Shown here: positions 47,601 to 62,049 of the stretch, piece after piece
Layout: every line of letters begins with the position of its first letter
Numbering within the stretch: the first letter of the stretch is position 1
Source: the human T2T-CHM13v2.0 reference genome, Homo sapiens
DNA: 64,000 bases
Assembly (NCBI RefSeq): GCF_009914755.1
Contig: NC_060926.1
Reading direction: 5' to 3' (one strand)
The notes under the pieces: generated by a model
Seen by the model: only the letters and a program-made list of their open reading frames with translations
The model's database searches: none
What the model was told of the DNA's origin: nothing
Position numbers and translations under genes: made by a program

Positions 47601-47735
47601 TTTTCTTTAAATTTTTTGTAGAGACAGGGTCTCACTATATTGCCCAGGCTGGTCTCAAACTCCTGGGCTCAAGCAATCCTCCCACCTCGGTCTCCCAAAG
47701 TGCTGGAATTACAGGAATGGCCACCATGGCCAGCC
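47601..47735 (-). mobile_element. FLAM in Tigger1
   Basis: Monomer. TSD accttcatcctt. Confidence 0.9.
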
Positions 47736-48477
47736 TACCTTCATCCTTGCTCTTAGCTAGAGATGCCAGGCTCCTGGGTAACTTGTTGCAGCTTCTACAT
47801 CAGCACTTGCTGCTTTACCTTGCACTTTTATGTTATGGAGGGAGCTTCTTTCCTTCAATCTCATGAACCAACCTCTGCTAGATTCCAACTTTTCTTCCGT
47901 AGCATTGTCAGCTCTCTCACCCTTCACAGAATAGAGGAAGAATTACAGCCTTTCTTTGGATTAGGCTTTGGCTTAAGGAAATGTTATGGCTTGTTTGATC
48001 TTCTATCCAGACCACTAAAACTTTCTTCATATCAGCAATAAAGCTGTGTTGCTTTCATATCATTCATGTGTTCACTGTAGTAACACTTTTATTTTCCTTC
48101 AAGAACTTATCCTTTGCATTCACAACTTGGCCAGCTGGCACAAGAGGCCTAGCTATTGACCTATCTCAGCTTTCAACATGCCTTCTTCACTAAGTTTAAT
48201 CATTTCTAGCTTTTTATTTAAAATAAAAGATGTGAGACTATTCCTTTCACTTGAACACTTAAAGGCCATTGTTGGGTTATTAATTGGCCTAATTTCAATA
48301 CTGTTGTGTCTCAGTAAATAGGGAAACCCAAGGAAAGGAAGAGAGATGGGGGAACAGCCAGTCGATGAAGCAGTTGGAATAACAACATTTATCAGTTATC
48401 TCTTATGTGGTTGTGATTCGTGGCACCCCAAACATCAAAGATCACTGATCGCAAATCACCATAAGAGACATAATAGT

Positions 48478-48948
<471 letters not shown>

Positions 48949-49064
48949 TCACAATGAGCAAGGTAAGCCGTACTAAAAGGCCACAGCTCCTGGAATGGGG
49001 TGGGGCTAGAGGTCAGGGATACAGTCAACTGAAGTTTAGGAATTGCAAGATAATGTTTAGGTAG

Positions 49065-49472
49065 TGATATAGTTGGGATGTTTGTCCCCTCCGAATCTCA
49101 TGTTGAAATGTGATCCCCAGTGTTGGAGGTGGGGCCTAATGGGAGGAGTTTAAGTCATAGTAGCAGATCCTTCATGAGTGGCTTGGTGCCCTCCCATGGT
49201 AATGAGTGAGTTCTTACTTTATAAGTTCACACAAGAGCTGGTTGTTTAAGGAGCCAGCATCTCTCTTGCTCCCTCACTCACCATGCGACACACCTGTTCC
49301 CCCTTTGCCTTACAGCTATGAGTAAGAGCTTCCTAAGCCTTTACCAGAAGTCCAGTAGATGCTGGTGTCATGCTTGTACAGCCTGCAGAACCATGAGCCA
49401 AATAAACCTCTTTTCTTTATAGATTACCAGGTCTGGAGTATTCATTCATAGCAATGCAAATGGACTAACACA
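49065..49472 (+). mobile_element. MSTB-like MaLR solo LTR
   Basis: tgatatagttgggatgtttgtcccctcc..aatctcatgttgaaatg...atggactaacaca. TSD ggtag/ggcag. Confidence 0.92.
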
Positions 49473-50133
49473 GGCAGTGAGCTAAATTCTCCCCTCAAAT
49501 CTACAATGGTTGAGGAGGTGGCATGAGAAATGGGAGAATATTTAGGAAAGGTTAGAACTAAATTCTGACAACTCTCCAAATGTTCTGGTCACATGTATGT
49601 GCTCCAGCCATAACTTAGTGTAACTCACATTTGGGCTGCTGCAGTAGCCTAAAAGCACAAACTGTGATGCCCAAAAACCTGTCCTACTAAATACATGTTT
49701 CCTGGCCCTGCCCAGCTCTTTGCCTACCCAGGCCAGCACCTCCATTTGGAGCTACAGTTCTGTAGCACTGCCTAAGTTTATATAGGCAGAATGCTTACAA
49801 AGGAGATTCTTTAATCTGGTTCCTAAAGGGCAAAGCACTGGGAGATATTTGTGGTAGCAACCCCCAGCTGTCTGCAATTGGAGATTCAAGGGCAGGGGTG
49901 CATTTTAATTTAGTGGAAACAACATATGCTTTTAAGTCCAGAAAGTATAGGATTGAATACCATTTCTGCTCCTTAATAGCTATTTGGGAGATCTTGAACA
50001 ATTTACTTTACATTTCTGAGTCTTAACCTCTCTATATGTAAAATGGAAAAGAAAGAAAAAAAAAAACCTTTCTCTAAATCACCAATTCCTTATCTAGAAA
50101 TTTCTCAGTCAAAAAAAAAAAAAAAAAAGAATA

Positions 50134-50436
50134 GGTTGGGTGCGGTGGCTTACGCCCATAATCCCAGCACTTTGGGAGGCTGAAGCAGGTGGATCACTTG
50201 AGGTCGACAGGTCAAGCCCAGCCTGGCCAACATGGTGAAGCCCCATTTCTACTAAAAATACAAAAATTAGCTAGGTGTGGTGGCATGCACCTGTAATCCC
50301 AGCTACTTGGAGGCTGAGGCAGGAGAATCACTTGAACACAGGAGGCGGAGGCTGCAGTGAGCCGAGATTGCGCCATTGCAATTCAGCCTGGGTGACAGAG
50401 CAAGACTCCGTCTCAAAAAACAATAAATAATAATAA
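50134..50436 (+). mobile_element. AluS
   Basis: Full Alu. Confidence 0.95.
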
Positions 50437-50439
50437 GCG

Positions 50440-51240
50440 TTTATCCTGTCCTTCCTGCATGAACAGTATTTTAGGGTAGCTAGATAGTCCAAACTGATGA
50501 GAAAAAAATTTTAATAGAAAAAAATCCAACTAATAAATGCGGAAGTGATGATAGAATTAGAAAATCACAATTTTTCAGCACCTAAAAATATGATTGTATT
50601 AGGCAAAGATTATGAATGGATGAAACCGTCCTGAAAAGTCAATTAGGAACTTCACAACATCAAAGGCAGCTGATGTTTGTATCACCAGAAGTGAGACACC
50701 TAGGCACTGCAGCCTCCTGGTGTGATGCAGTGTGAAGCACACAGCCCACCTTTGAAGAATTCCTGCCAAAAAAATTAAACTTCAACTAATCAGACCTCTG
50801 GAGCTAACAGAGTTTACAGGAAATGTGAGGGATAAAGACACAAATTAAATGACACCATAAGGAAGCAAACAGATCCAGAATGTGGAAATTCTATAGGATA
50901 ACTGACCCAGATTCTGCTACAAGTAAATGGCAGGGAAAAAACTGGGGGATTTCGGGGGACAGGGAGACTGGTGTAGATCAAAACAGACTCAGAGATACAA
51001 CAATCAGTGTGATGTATGAGCCATGTTAGATCCAGATTCAAACAGGCCCCTATAAACAGATATTTGCCTGGATTATACACTGGGTATTAGATGGTATCAT
51101 CAAATTATCATTTTGTTGGGTGTGATGGTGGCATTACAGTTATGTAAGAAAATATTCGAATTGCTTAGAGATGTATATTAATTATGAAGGAGTGAAATAC
51201 CATGATCTTTGGAATTTGCTTTAAAATTATTTACTAAAAA
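50440..51240 (+). mobile_element. L1MC-type 3' UTR fragment, within a split MIR (~49910-50050 and ~51320-51395)
   Basis: ccaactaataaatgcggaag..gatagaattagaaaatcac...tggaatttgctttaaaat. Confidence 0.72.
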
Positions 51241-54200
51241 CAAAAGGAAAATGAAGGAGATGCAAGGAGAGAAAAATAACAGAAAGAAAAGGAAAAAAAA
51301 AGAAAAAGAAACTATCCCATAGGACGGATAGAGATTGCATAAATTAAGAAAACCATGTAGCCCAATGTCTGGTACAGAGTATAACTCAATAAATAGCTCC
51401 CTTTCCCTTTTGCAAGCCTAAGCCACTGTTCTGAATCCTGAGTTCTGAATACCCTCCTAGGCTGGCATGTTCCTACTTACTAGGAATGCTCCTATATTTT
51501 AACAATTCCTCTTCCATTCTGTCATCTACATAAATACATCATGGAAGAAATCAAGCTTGATTTTTGTTCTCTAATGAAGCAAGAAAATGAAATATTACAT
51601 TATTCTCGTTACAATGAAGAGACAACCAAGGCCAAAATAATATTTAGCAATAAAGACAGTACAATACCCTCTTCATACTCAAGGAAATAACATTTGTGTT
51701 TCTAATGACTGCAATCCAAGGGCCTATAGTAAGTAGGTATTTGTAATTTTGTTGGAAAACAAATTTAGATGGCCTGTGTTTCAAAAAAAATCTCATATTT
51801 AGTCAGAGAATTACTTACTACCAAGCTATTTTATTTGTGATATGAATTGTATATTCAAAAAGGCTAATTTTGATTTTATATTTTGATTTTCTCAATTAAT
51901 CTGCATAAAAATCATCCCCTGTAACTTCAAATGTCCACATCAAGCAAATCATATTGGCCTCTTAAAGAAGATAATAATTCTGAATACTTCAAGCTCAAGC
52001 CTGTGGAAAACTGTCTCATCAGTTTTCAAGTAAGTGGCATTATCATTTAAAGCAATAGTTTTGTTCAGATTTGCTGTAAAGCCACTGCTCACTGTAGCTC
52101 TCTTAGCTGTTTGTTCCACTTCCCTCTACAGTGGAACCAAACTTGAGCTTGTGAAAGAGTCCCAGGAAACCCAAACTCCTGAATTAACTCCTGCTTCATA
52201 TTTGTGTCCTCCCTCTCCGGGAATTCATTTCTCCCATTCTTGTGTTAGAATATTCTACAGCTTTTGTTTGTTTTTATTGATAGTATCAAATCTAATAGAC
52301 TTGTATTAAATAATCTTGAGCTTTTGTTTTCCATTCTGAGTTTCAAAATCCCAGAAGGCAGTGCCTTCTAGTTACTCAATAAAGGTTTATCAAATTGAAT
52401 GAACTGACTTTGCTTCCTAAGCACTTTGTTGATGTTGGTGCTGCAAACCTGGAATATCAGTGTCCATTCTAAACCAACAAATGGGAGTAAGGAGTCACTC
52501 TGCTAACAAAACGAGAAGAGAGTTCAACACCAGTGAGAACATATTGTATTCCTAGTGAGAAACCACGGGATCAATTTTCCACAGTCGTGTTAACGTTTTA
52601 TGCTCTGTCCTTAGAGTGGTGGTCATATTCACAGCAGTCAAAACCACATGTACCTGTGGGATATCCATGCTGATCAGCTTTGTTAGACAAGGCATATATA
52701 TGAATCACCTGTTCAGAAAGAACATAAGGCCATCATGCAGTTTTGAAACAGGCAAAACAAAACTGCAGCTTCCTAAATCACTCTTTATTAAAAGACCAGT
52801 TTTTTTTAGGTTATTTTTTTCCCCCAATTTAAGAAGCTTTTCCCACCGCTATGGTCAGTGGTTCTGCCCTTCCCAATTTCTCTGGTCGTATTCTAAAAGG
52901 GTTGATTTAAGGAAATACTGAAATGCTTTTTAAAAATTTATATTTTTTAACCTTCGTGTTTGGCTGACCTTATTTGCTATAAAATAATTTTTAGTCATTT
53001 CTAAATATGAATATCTAGCACTTTCTTTTCAGGCTTAACTTTAGAGACTTCTGTGAGTTTGGTTATATTCCTCTTTGCAGGAGAATCGATGCAATTAGAT
53101 GTTTCTCAGTGCAATGAGAAGTTTAGGCTTCATATTCATAACACAAATGTCTTTTCTAAGCCTATAACAGACATAATTGTGGCTAAAATGTAGTATTTTA
53201 TTAAGAATATACAACAGTAAAAGTAGTACATGAATTCAGGACTTAAGAATCTGCTTAATTAAATGTATCTGTCTACAGTGGTATTTAATATCATTCTTTT
53301 CCCTTCTGCTTTTCTTTCTTTCAGGAGCAATTTAGGACTACCGATATAAATGGACTTGAAATTGAATTGTTAAACAGAACTGCATTTCAGCAGCTCAAGG
53401 AATATAACTCATTCGTTTTGTTATATTTCTGATGCCAGCCAAAATGCAGAACTTAGAAAAAAGACCTCAAGTCTGTCATTCCCTTTCCTCTAGGAAAAGT
53501 TAAATTCTCTTTTCTGTGACCTACTGCATAAATGCATGGTTCATTATTATTCTTAAACCTGGATTCAAATGATACTCAAAAAAGTATCAAACCTTTCCCT
53601 AAGCACAAACCAATCAAAAAGAGCATTTTCCAACCCATATCACCTGAGACTCAAATCAAGTAGGAAAAAAAAAAAGCTCAAAATCTAAAAATTAAACTGG
53701 GTGCTAGACTTAAAATCTTACAAGCATCCTCTAGTTTTAGTATAGCTGTTAATATAGCCAAGTTTTTTTTATTTAGTTGATTTCTTACTTTCATATTTTT
53801 TAATGAGAAGAAGGTAAAATTCTCTACCGGAAGTAATAAAAATTTCAGATGATAAGACAGATAGCCCTAAAAGTTTTTGCCTAAACTCATGCACATAAAC
53901 TAAAACTGGCCGATTAATCTCGCTACAGTATGTTTAAAAAGAGTGGCATTTGAAAATACAGTATAGCAGTGTGATGCTGCACTGCCTCTAATTAAGTGCA
54001 GACTAGGAAAAATTATTCTTAGTTTAGTCTATGAAAGGGGGGTGGTGGAAATTTCTCTCTTTGCAATTCAAAATTATTTTAAAGATAGAACATTTCTTTT
54101 CCAATGTCTTCATTAAACAGAGCTGTTAAGAATTGTCTCCCAACCATCCCCAAAGAGTACAAAGCTAACCAGTATTCGTCCCATATGCTCTGCTTTGAAG

Positions 54201-54929
54201 TGTGAAGCTGTGACCATCCCACTAGACTCTTACACCACCATCAAAGCCGTCTCATTACGCCCAGTGCTGAGAGTTAAAGCGCGGGGCCCTAACCGCTCCA
54301 ACACAAACACTGCATTAACAAAGCGACCGCAATATTCCTCCCCCACATGGCTAGAACTTGAAGAAATTTTTACCATATGTACACATGCACGAGATACAGA
54401 AATTTATTGTGCTAGAACATCCTTGAGAAGCACATTAAACATGCTGACTAGAACTGGATGTTATTCTAAGGGACTGAAAAAAATAAAATGCAGCTGATCT
54501 TTATGATGAAAGAGCAGAAACATCAGGCTGAAAAATGAGATCAAGTGCAATTCCTAAATTGCATTTCGACTGACACGTTCTGTTGCCTGTTTTTTCTTGA
54601 GGTAGCAGAAAACAATTTAAGGGAAGAAACAAAACTCTACTGCACATCACTGGATGCTACTGTTTACTCCATCATGTTTCATTTCAAAAGGACGAACTTA
54701 AAAACCACGATAGGCTGATAACAACACCTATGCCTCCAAATGAACAGGCCTTGCTAAGAAAAATTTCACTTGCATCTCTGAGTTGTCAGTTTATTATTAG
54801 CATGACAGTAAAAAATAAAATGCAAAGAAAAAACTTATTTATTATGGAAATGAGGTCAGGATAAGCACTTAATTGATTTTCATATAAAATTAATCTGGAA
54901 AAAACATTTTTAAATGTTTTAACCTAACA

Positions 54930-55400
54930 TTTCCATTCCTTTGTATTTGCTCTAGGAAAAGCCTTGCATTTGTGCACAAGAGGGACTATTCAAGAATGTT
55001 CATCATTTCATTATTTGATCTAGGAAAAACAAGAAACAATCTGAATGTCCACAAACAGGAGAACAGACAAAATGTGTTATATTCATATTATGATAATTAT
55101 AAAGCAGGTAGAATGAAATAGAACTATATGTAATACCATGGATATATTTCTAAGCTATCTTGCTGAATGAAAAAATTATAGTATAAGAGCATTTCTAATA
55201 CAAACATACACAAGCAATACTATATTGGATTTATTGGTTTATACATGTACGTAAGTAAAGCATGTAGAAAATTCTGGATTTGGGACATGCTATACTCTTA
55301 CCATAACTTGGCAGGGGGACATTCAGAGAACCAGGAATGAGAGTAGTGATCAGAGGTGAATTTTAACCTTAACTGTAGTACTCGAAATTTTGAAACAGAG
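54930..55400 (+). mobile_element. L1ME 3' fragment
   Basis: caagaatgttcatc...aaacaatctgaatgtccac...atattcata. Confidence 0.65.
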
Positions 55401-56439
55401 AATTAATTAATTTTAAAAAATCAGGCAAGGTCTAATAAATAAATGGTTGTGAGGATTCTTTGTTCTATTACTGTCTTGATAGAAAAAACTACAAGTGAGT
55501 TTCTTAATGTGTCGAGGTCTGCTTTCCAGCTATGGAATGAAAAAACTGGACCTATCTACTCTCCTCCCTATAAACAGAAAAATAATGTGCCCTCAAACTC
55601 TTAAAATAACATACAATTTCATGGAGATACAGATACAAGTATTCATGAAAGTATATAGTATATCAGGAGTTTGGGGTATATTTTACATATATATTTCATA
55701 ACCAATAATCCAAGAAGGTTGTTATTTCCTTGCATATAACATATAGTTTCATAGAGATATGTATACAGAAGCTTATTATTCCTTTGTAGGGCATATGCTG
55801 ATATATTTACCACTTTGTGCAGATGTGATATAATTCATTTAAAGAATTATACTTTCCTGAGTGGCCTAACATATTTAACTTATACTGTACTCCATAACTC
55901 ATTTTATTGTGTCCTGTGGTGCTTTCTAATAGCTTCACACACAGTTATTTCATGGCCTCAGTTTTGTTGGGGGAAGGTACTTTGTTATATTTCTCTAAAA
56001 GTCACAATAGCATTTACTATAGGAAATGGAAACATAACAGGCACTCCAAGACTGTCTGGATGTTCACAAACACGTCTCCATTTATTTTCATAATATTTCT
56101 CTGAAATAGGTACTGAATATCATTTTGCAAATGAAGAACTGATAAAGGAGAAGCTGTCTGCTATAGAACTTAAATTTCAGAGCTGAAAGCACTTCAGACA
56201 TCTCTTGCTCAAGTGATTTTCTAACATCTTGCTGTGCAATCCCTTTTCTCAGAAGGTACCTTATTTGGAATCTTGATATATAAAACAGAAAAGGGGGATC
56301 CACTCTCTTTATGGTGAAAGAGACTCTCCTGGGCTCCAACTGCTCTGTACCCCCTCCACAAGGCAATGGAGAATCACTAAAAATAATGACAGCCGGTAGG
56401 AGGCAGAGGACCTGGGGCTTTACACAGTCATCGATTTTC

Positions 56440-56582
56440 ATAACCATCCTGATAGGATGACACTATTCTCCCATTTTACAGATACAAAAACTCTTAGAGA
56501 CTGAAAAAGAAGAGACTAAAAAATTTTCTCAAGCCAGTTGGCAAACAAGTAGCAGACGTGGGATTTGAACTCAGATTGTTCA
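56440..56582 (-). mobile_element. MIR
   Basis: ctattctcccattttacagat...gggatttgaactcag. Confidence 0.75.
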
Positions 56583-56591
56583 GCTCCCTAA

Positions 56592-56890
56592 TTTTTTTTT
56601 TTTTTTTTAAGACAGGGTCTTCCTCTGTTTCCCAGGCTGGAGTCCAGTGGCACCATCACAGCTCACTGCAGCCTTGCCTTCCAGACTCAAGCAATCCTCC
56701 CACCTCAGCCTCCCAAGTAGCTGAGATTAGAGGTACACAGCACCACACCTGGCTAATTTTTTTAAAATTCCTTGTAAAGATGAAGTCTCACAGTGTTGCC
56801 CAAGCTGGTCTGGAACTCCTGAGCTCAAGCAATCCACCTGCCTCGACCTCCCAAAGTGCTGGGATTACAGGCATGAGCCAGTGTGTCCAG
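56592..56890 (-). mobile_element. AluJ
   Basis: Full Alu in reverse. Confidence 0.94.
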
Positions 56891-57598
56891 TTTCAAATTC
56901 TTATCCTGCCCACTTCCCATCTTGCTTCCCTGTCTAACCACAGTGGAATGTGATGTTATTGGTTAGTTCATGCTGATCAGAGACTGACAGGCAGATCTAC
57001 ACATATACACCCTGAGTGGGTGGAATTGGTATTGACCTTTCACTTGCATATATTGCTCCCCGTTTGTTAAGGACCTCTCACTCTCTTTCAGAGAAGCTAT
57101 AGAGATGCTAAAGGTTCCCCAAAGAGTAGTTCAGATGGGTCATGGCAAAGCCTTGGGGATGGCCAGGAATCCTTCTGCTGGATAACATATCAGCAATGTA
57201 TAAATAGCCTTCAGCATTAAGCCTACTCCCCACAGCAACAAAGAGTTAACTTGGCTCTTCCACCTATTTGGTGCTCCTCAGAAGGACAAACAAATGCTTT
57301 GCATGAGTTACTTTGCTTTCCTTGTGTGTGTTCAGCTCTCAAGCCTCTTCTTGGCTGCTGGCCACAGACAACACACAATAATCTCTCAGTGGTCTCAAAG
57401 CTGGCACTACCTCTCACCATTTGCCTGCCAAAGGAGTCAAGTCCTGCCCTCCCCCTTTTCATATCCCCACCTTTCAGATAACGACCATTTCCACACACCC
57501 TTCTCCAACCTCTTTCAACTATGTTTTGGAGAAAAATGCTTTCTGCCCATTACTGATGTTTTCTTCCACATGGAGAGAGCTCTGCTCATCTTGCTGTC

Positions 57599-58005
57599 TG
57601 TTACAGGCTGAATTGCGTTCTCCAAAAATGCATATGTTGAAGTCCTGGCTCCCAGTACCTCAGAATATGACCTTATTCTGGAATAGGGTCATTGCAGATG
57701 TAATGAGTTAAGATGAGGTCATACTACAGTAGGTTGGGTCCCTAATCCAATATGACTGGGGTCCTCATAAAAAGGGGAAATTGGGACACAGACAATATAC
57801 AGAAAGAATGCCACGTGACCATGAGGAAGGTCAAGTGCAAGCCAAGATGGGACAGGTTCTCCCTCACACCTCTCAGAAGGAACCAACCCTGCTGCCACCC
57901 TGATCGCGGACTTCTAGCCTCCAGGATTGTGAGACAATAAATCTCTGTGGTTTAAGCCACCCAGACTGTGGTACTTTGTTACTACAGCCCTAGTAAACTA
58001 AAACA
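57599..58005 (+). mobile_element. MLT1B-like MaLR solo LTR
   Basis: tgttacaggctgaattg...cccagtacctcagaatatgaccttatt...gttaagatgaggtcatact...tgagacaataaat...aaactaaaaca. Confidence 0.92.
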
Positions 58006-58514
58006 CCAGCCTCGCTCCCTCCTAACTTTCATTCTCTGATGGGAAGTTTGGGAAAGAAACTGGATGTGCACAGGCCCACCCTGCCTCCCTCTTCCTTCTT
58101 AGGAGCTGGTTTTCAGCAGGAAACACACATTACAGGCCACTCCTCCTCACCATAAAGCTGTCCAGCCTCAGGCCTTGGCTGCCCGGTACTGCCTGTGACT
58201 GGCTGGGTTAGTCTAATTCTCTGGTGGGGTAGTCCCAGCCGCCAATACTAGTTTGATCAGTAATAAAGTTATTGTAGTCTCCATTTCTCATCTGCCTTTC
58301 TCTTCTGTGGGACTGGTTCCAAATGTGGGAAAGGAAGACGTGTATTATTTGTCACGCTCTCCTCTTAAACCTACCCCAATACTCTTATTTCCCTGAGGGG
58401 AGGGAGTGAAGTGACCTTCTTCTTTCTCTACTCTCTTTCTAATTTCGTTGCTACGTTATATAAACTTTGTGCAATGCTTTCCCAAAGCCTCTGCTTTCGA
58501 TTGTCAGAAATTCT

Positions 58515-58815
58515 AGCTGTGTGGTGGCTCATGCCTATAATCCCAGAGCTTTAGGAAGCCAAGGCAGGAGGATCACTTGAGGCCAGGAGTTCCAGACCAG
58601 CCTGGGCAACATAGCAAGACCCTGTCTCTACAAAAAAAAAATTTAAAGATTAGCTGGACATGGTGATACATGCCTGTAGTCCTAGCTATTCAGGAGTCTG
58701 AAGCAGAAGAATCACTTGAGCCCAGGAGGTCAAGGCTGCAGTGAGCTAGGATTGCACTACTGCACTCCAGCCTGGGCAACAGGCAAGTTCCTGTCTCTAA
58801 AATAAATAAATAAAT
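58515..58815 (+). mobile_element. AluJ
   Basis: Full Alu with (TAAA)n tail. Confidence 0.94.
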
Positions 58816-59740
58816 CAAACATGAACACTGTTACTTCTGCATTGTCACTATAACAATCCTATAATCCCCTCAAGGTAGGTAACTCAGACAGTCCCACACA
58901 GGCTACGGGGAAAAGAAAAGCACAACAATTAGTATCTCAAAATATTATCTTACTACATATGTTTAGGTAATTAAAATTGGAGAATGAATTATTCAACCTA
59001 TGTAACTTTAATAGTCACATAATAAACGATAATTAATGATGCTATAATTATTGTAATATCATAATACATTGTTGTCATTATTATTGCAGGCTGTGAGTCT
59101 CCCGAGAAGCACACTCTTACTCTACCAATAGAGAATAGGTGGATGGGTTGGTGGGTGCATGACAGTGTGGAGAGACTTGCACTTAATCTACAAGCCCATC
59201 AACGTCATTAACATCATTATATCATTTCTTCAGAGTTTTCTAATCCTAGTGGCCTTGACACTGGAAGCCACTATAAAAGCTAGGAAGGAAAGATAAAAGG
59301 AAAAGGGATTCAGGAAAAACATCTCCACAGTTATGGGGCCTGAGCTCAAAAATACCAGGGCCTAGTATTCAGTCAGTTGCTATAAACCCTTACTAGATCC
59401 ACAATCTCTAAAACACTATCAGCAATCATATAAAATACCAAACTCTGAGTGTTGTAGATATCTACTGAAAATCAGAAAACCTAAAACCCCTCAACTTTGA
59501 GGCCCCCCGGGGCTCCCTTTGTTAGTAAGGGGTGAATGTTTCATGTCTCCCACAATGACTCCTGGTTTAACACTGAGTGTCTCAAGAGACCTTTTACCTA
59601 GGTGAAGTGGTTGGCTGGGGAGGGGGCTCCTAATTTTTAGCTGTAAATCTCAACTGTGGCTTCTAGATTGGGAAACAATTACAAGAAGTGTATAGTCAGG
59701 CAGCATGGATTTCATGTATCCCCCCATTTGTTCCAATTAG

Positions 59741-60392
<652 letters not shown>

Positions 60393-60399
60393 AGGAAGA

Positions 60400-60620
60400 G
60401 TGATACAGGGAAGGAGTAAAAGTCCATAGCAGGGTATGGTATCAAGCTGTGAGCAACTGGGACTCAATCCTGCTGAGATGGGCCTCAGAATTGTCCATCT
60501 CAGGGACAAAAGAGGCAAGCATTTATCCACCAGCTCTGGTCCCCCACAGGCCAAGTGTTGCCCGATGGGGTTAACTTGCTTGCTCACTCACACTGCAGGT
60601 TGTAGCAGAGCCACAGTAAG
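60400..60620 (-). mobile_element. LTR33-like ERVL LTR fragment
   Basis: ctgggactcaatcctgctg...cctcagaattgtcc...gcatttatccaccagctc. Confidence 0.5.
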
Positions 60621-62049
60621 AGAAAAGAGTGCAGCTTTTTCAAGTATGGCTGGGTTCATCCATAACTGCTGGTCATGGAAGATTACGTTTGTTTATCCCA
60701 GTTCTCCCATTTGGCCTTTCCTTCTTCATTAGTACCTCTGTTTTACAGTAGTTGGTAGACTCCTCTTGCATTTATTCAGCCTGTGGCAATATGCATTTAT
60801 GAGCAACCCGGTAACTCTCCTTCATAGTTAAAATGTACTAAAGTCACTGGAAATCAATCTTAATATTTTAAGTACTTTCCCAATGCACAATCCCTTGTTT
60901 TCTAAGATTTTTCTATGGTGGCAGTATTCCTGTAATTCTTCAACTAAATGCTATGCCCTAAATATGTTTACACACATTTGTAAAATCAACTATTGTTTTT
61001 ATGCTATGGCAATGAGGGTAGTGTTGATGGTGGTTAGAACTATATCAGAACCCAGCATCTAAATTGACTGATCTCAACCAAATCCAACACTGTTTTATGA
61101 GACAATCTCCATAGCAACTGGAGAATCAGAGTAGAAATTCTCAAAGTGAAAAGTTGTTCCTGATTTGCCAGATCAGCCCATGTTTTGACAATCTGTAATA
61201 AGGTAATCAAAGGGTCTCAAGACTACCATGGGAGTGTTGACGCTGTGTGAATGTGTCATGGCACACATCCTCCAAGTCATAAGAATAATTGAAAAAAATC
61301 TACAAGGCTGATCATTCTGATCAAAGTCCTTAATGTTTTATATATTTTTTTAAAAAAATCAAAACAATAAGTATCAATCATGCCAGCACTATTTCTTTAT
61401 TCATGTAGCTTATATGGCTAGCATTTATCTTTCCAGTTCTCTAAATAATGACCTTAGTTGATACGGCATTGTGCAAACATTCATTTGATCAATGACATGA
61501 AACAAAAAGCAAGTTTCCATATCATTTATAAAATTCATTAACTATGGTCTAGACTCTTGCAGCTGAATATTATGAGCCTACAGGTTAGGTAAGCCTATTT
61601 TCACCGTCAAGGCATTGGGAGAATTTGCCTAAGAATCTTCTGCGCTGACCCCTCCCCTCTATCATCATTCAATCCTTCTCATGAAAGTTTGTGTGTCAAC
61701 AGGCAACAGGGTCATGTTACAGAGACACTGGGTCTAGCATGTGAAAGCACAGAGTGAGGAAGACGTGGAACACATACAAGAAACATCAGGGTCCACAGTA
61801 TCCTGCAGAGAAATTGTCTATAGAAACTTGATAGAAGTACAGAAAATCAGACTAAATATCTTCAATACTGAGTAGAAGTCAGACAAAAGAAGAATGCTCC
61901 TGAAAATTTACCAATGATTCCAAGTGAGGTGAATGCATTGTTCCTGAAAGATCCAAGATGATTTAAAATCGCCAAGAGAAGTAGGGACTTCCAGGAAAAC
62001 ATGAAAATGTGGATCCATATGTTTACTTTCATTTCTTCCAAAAACCCCC

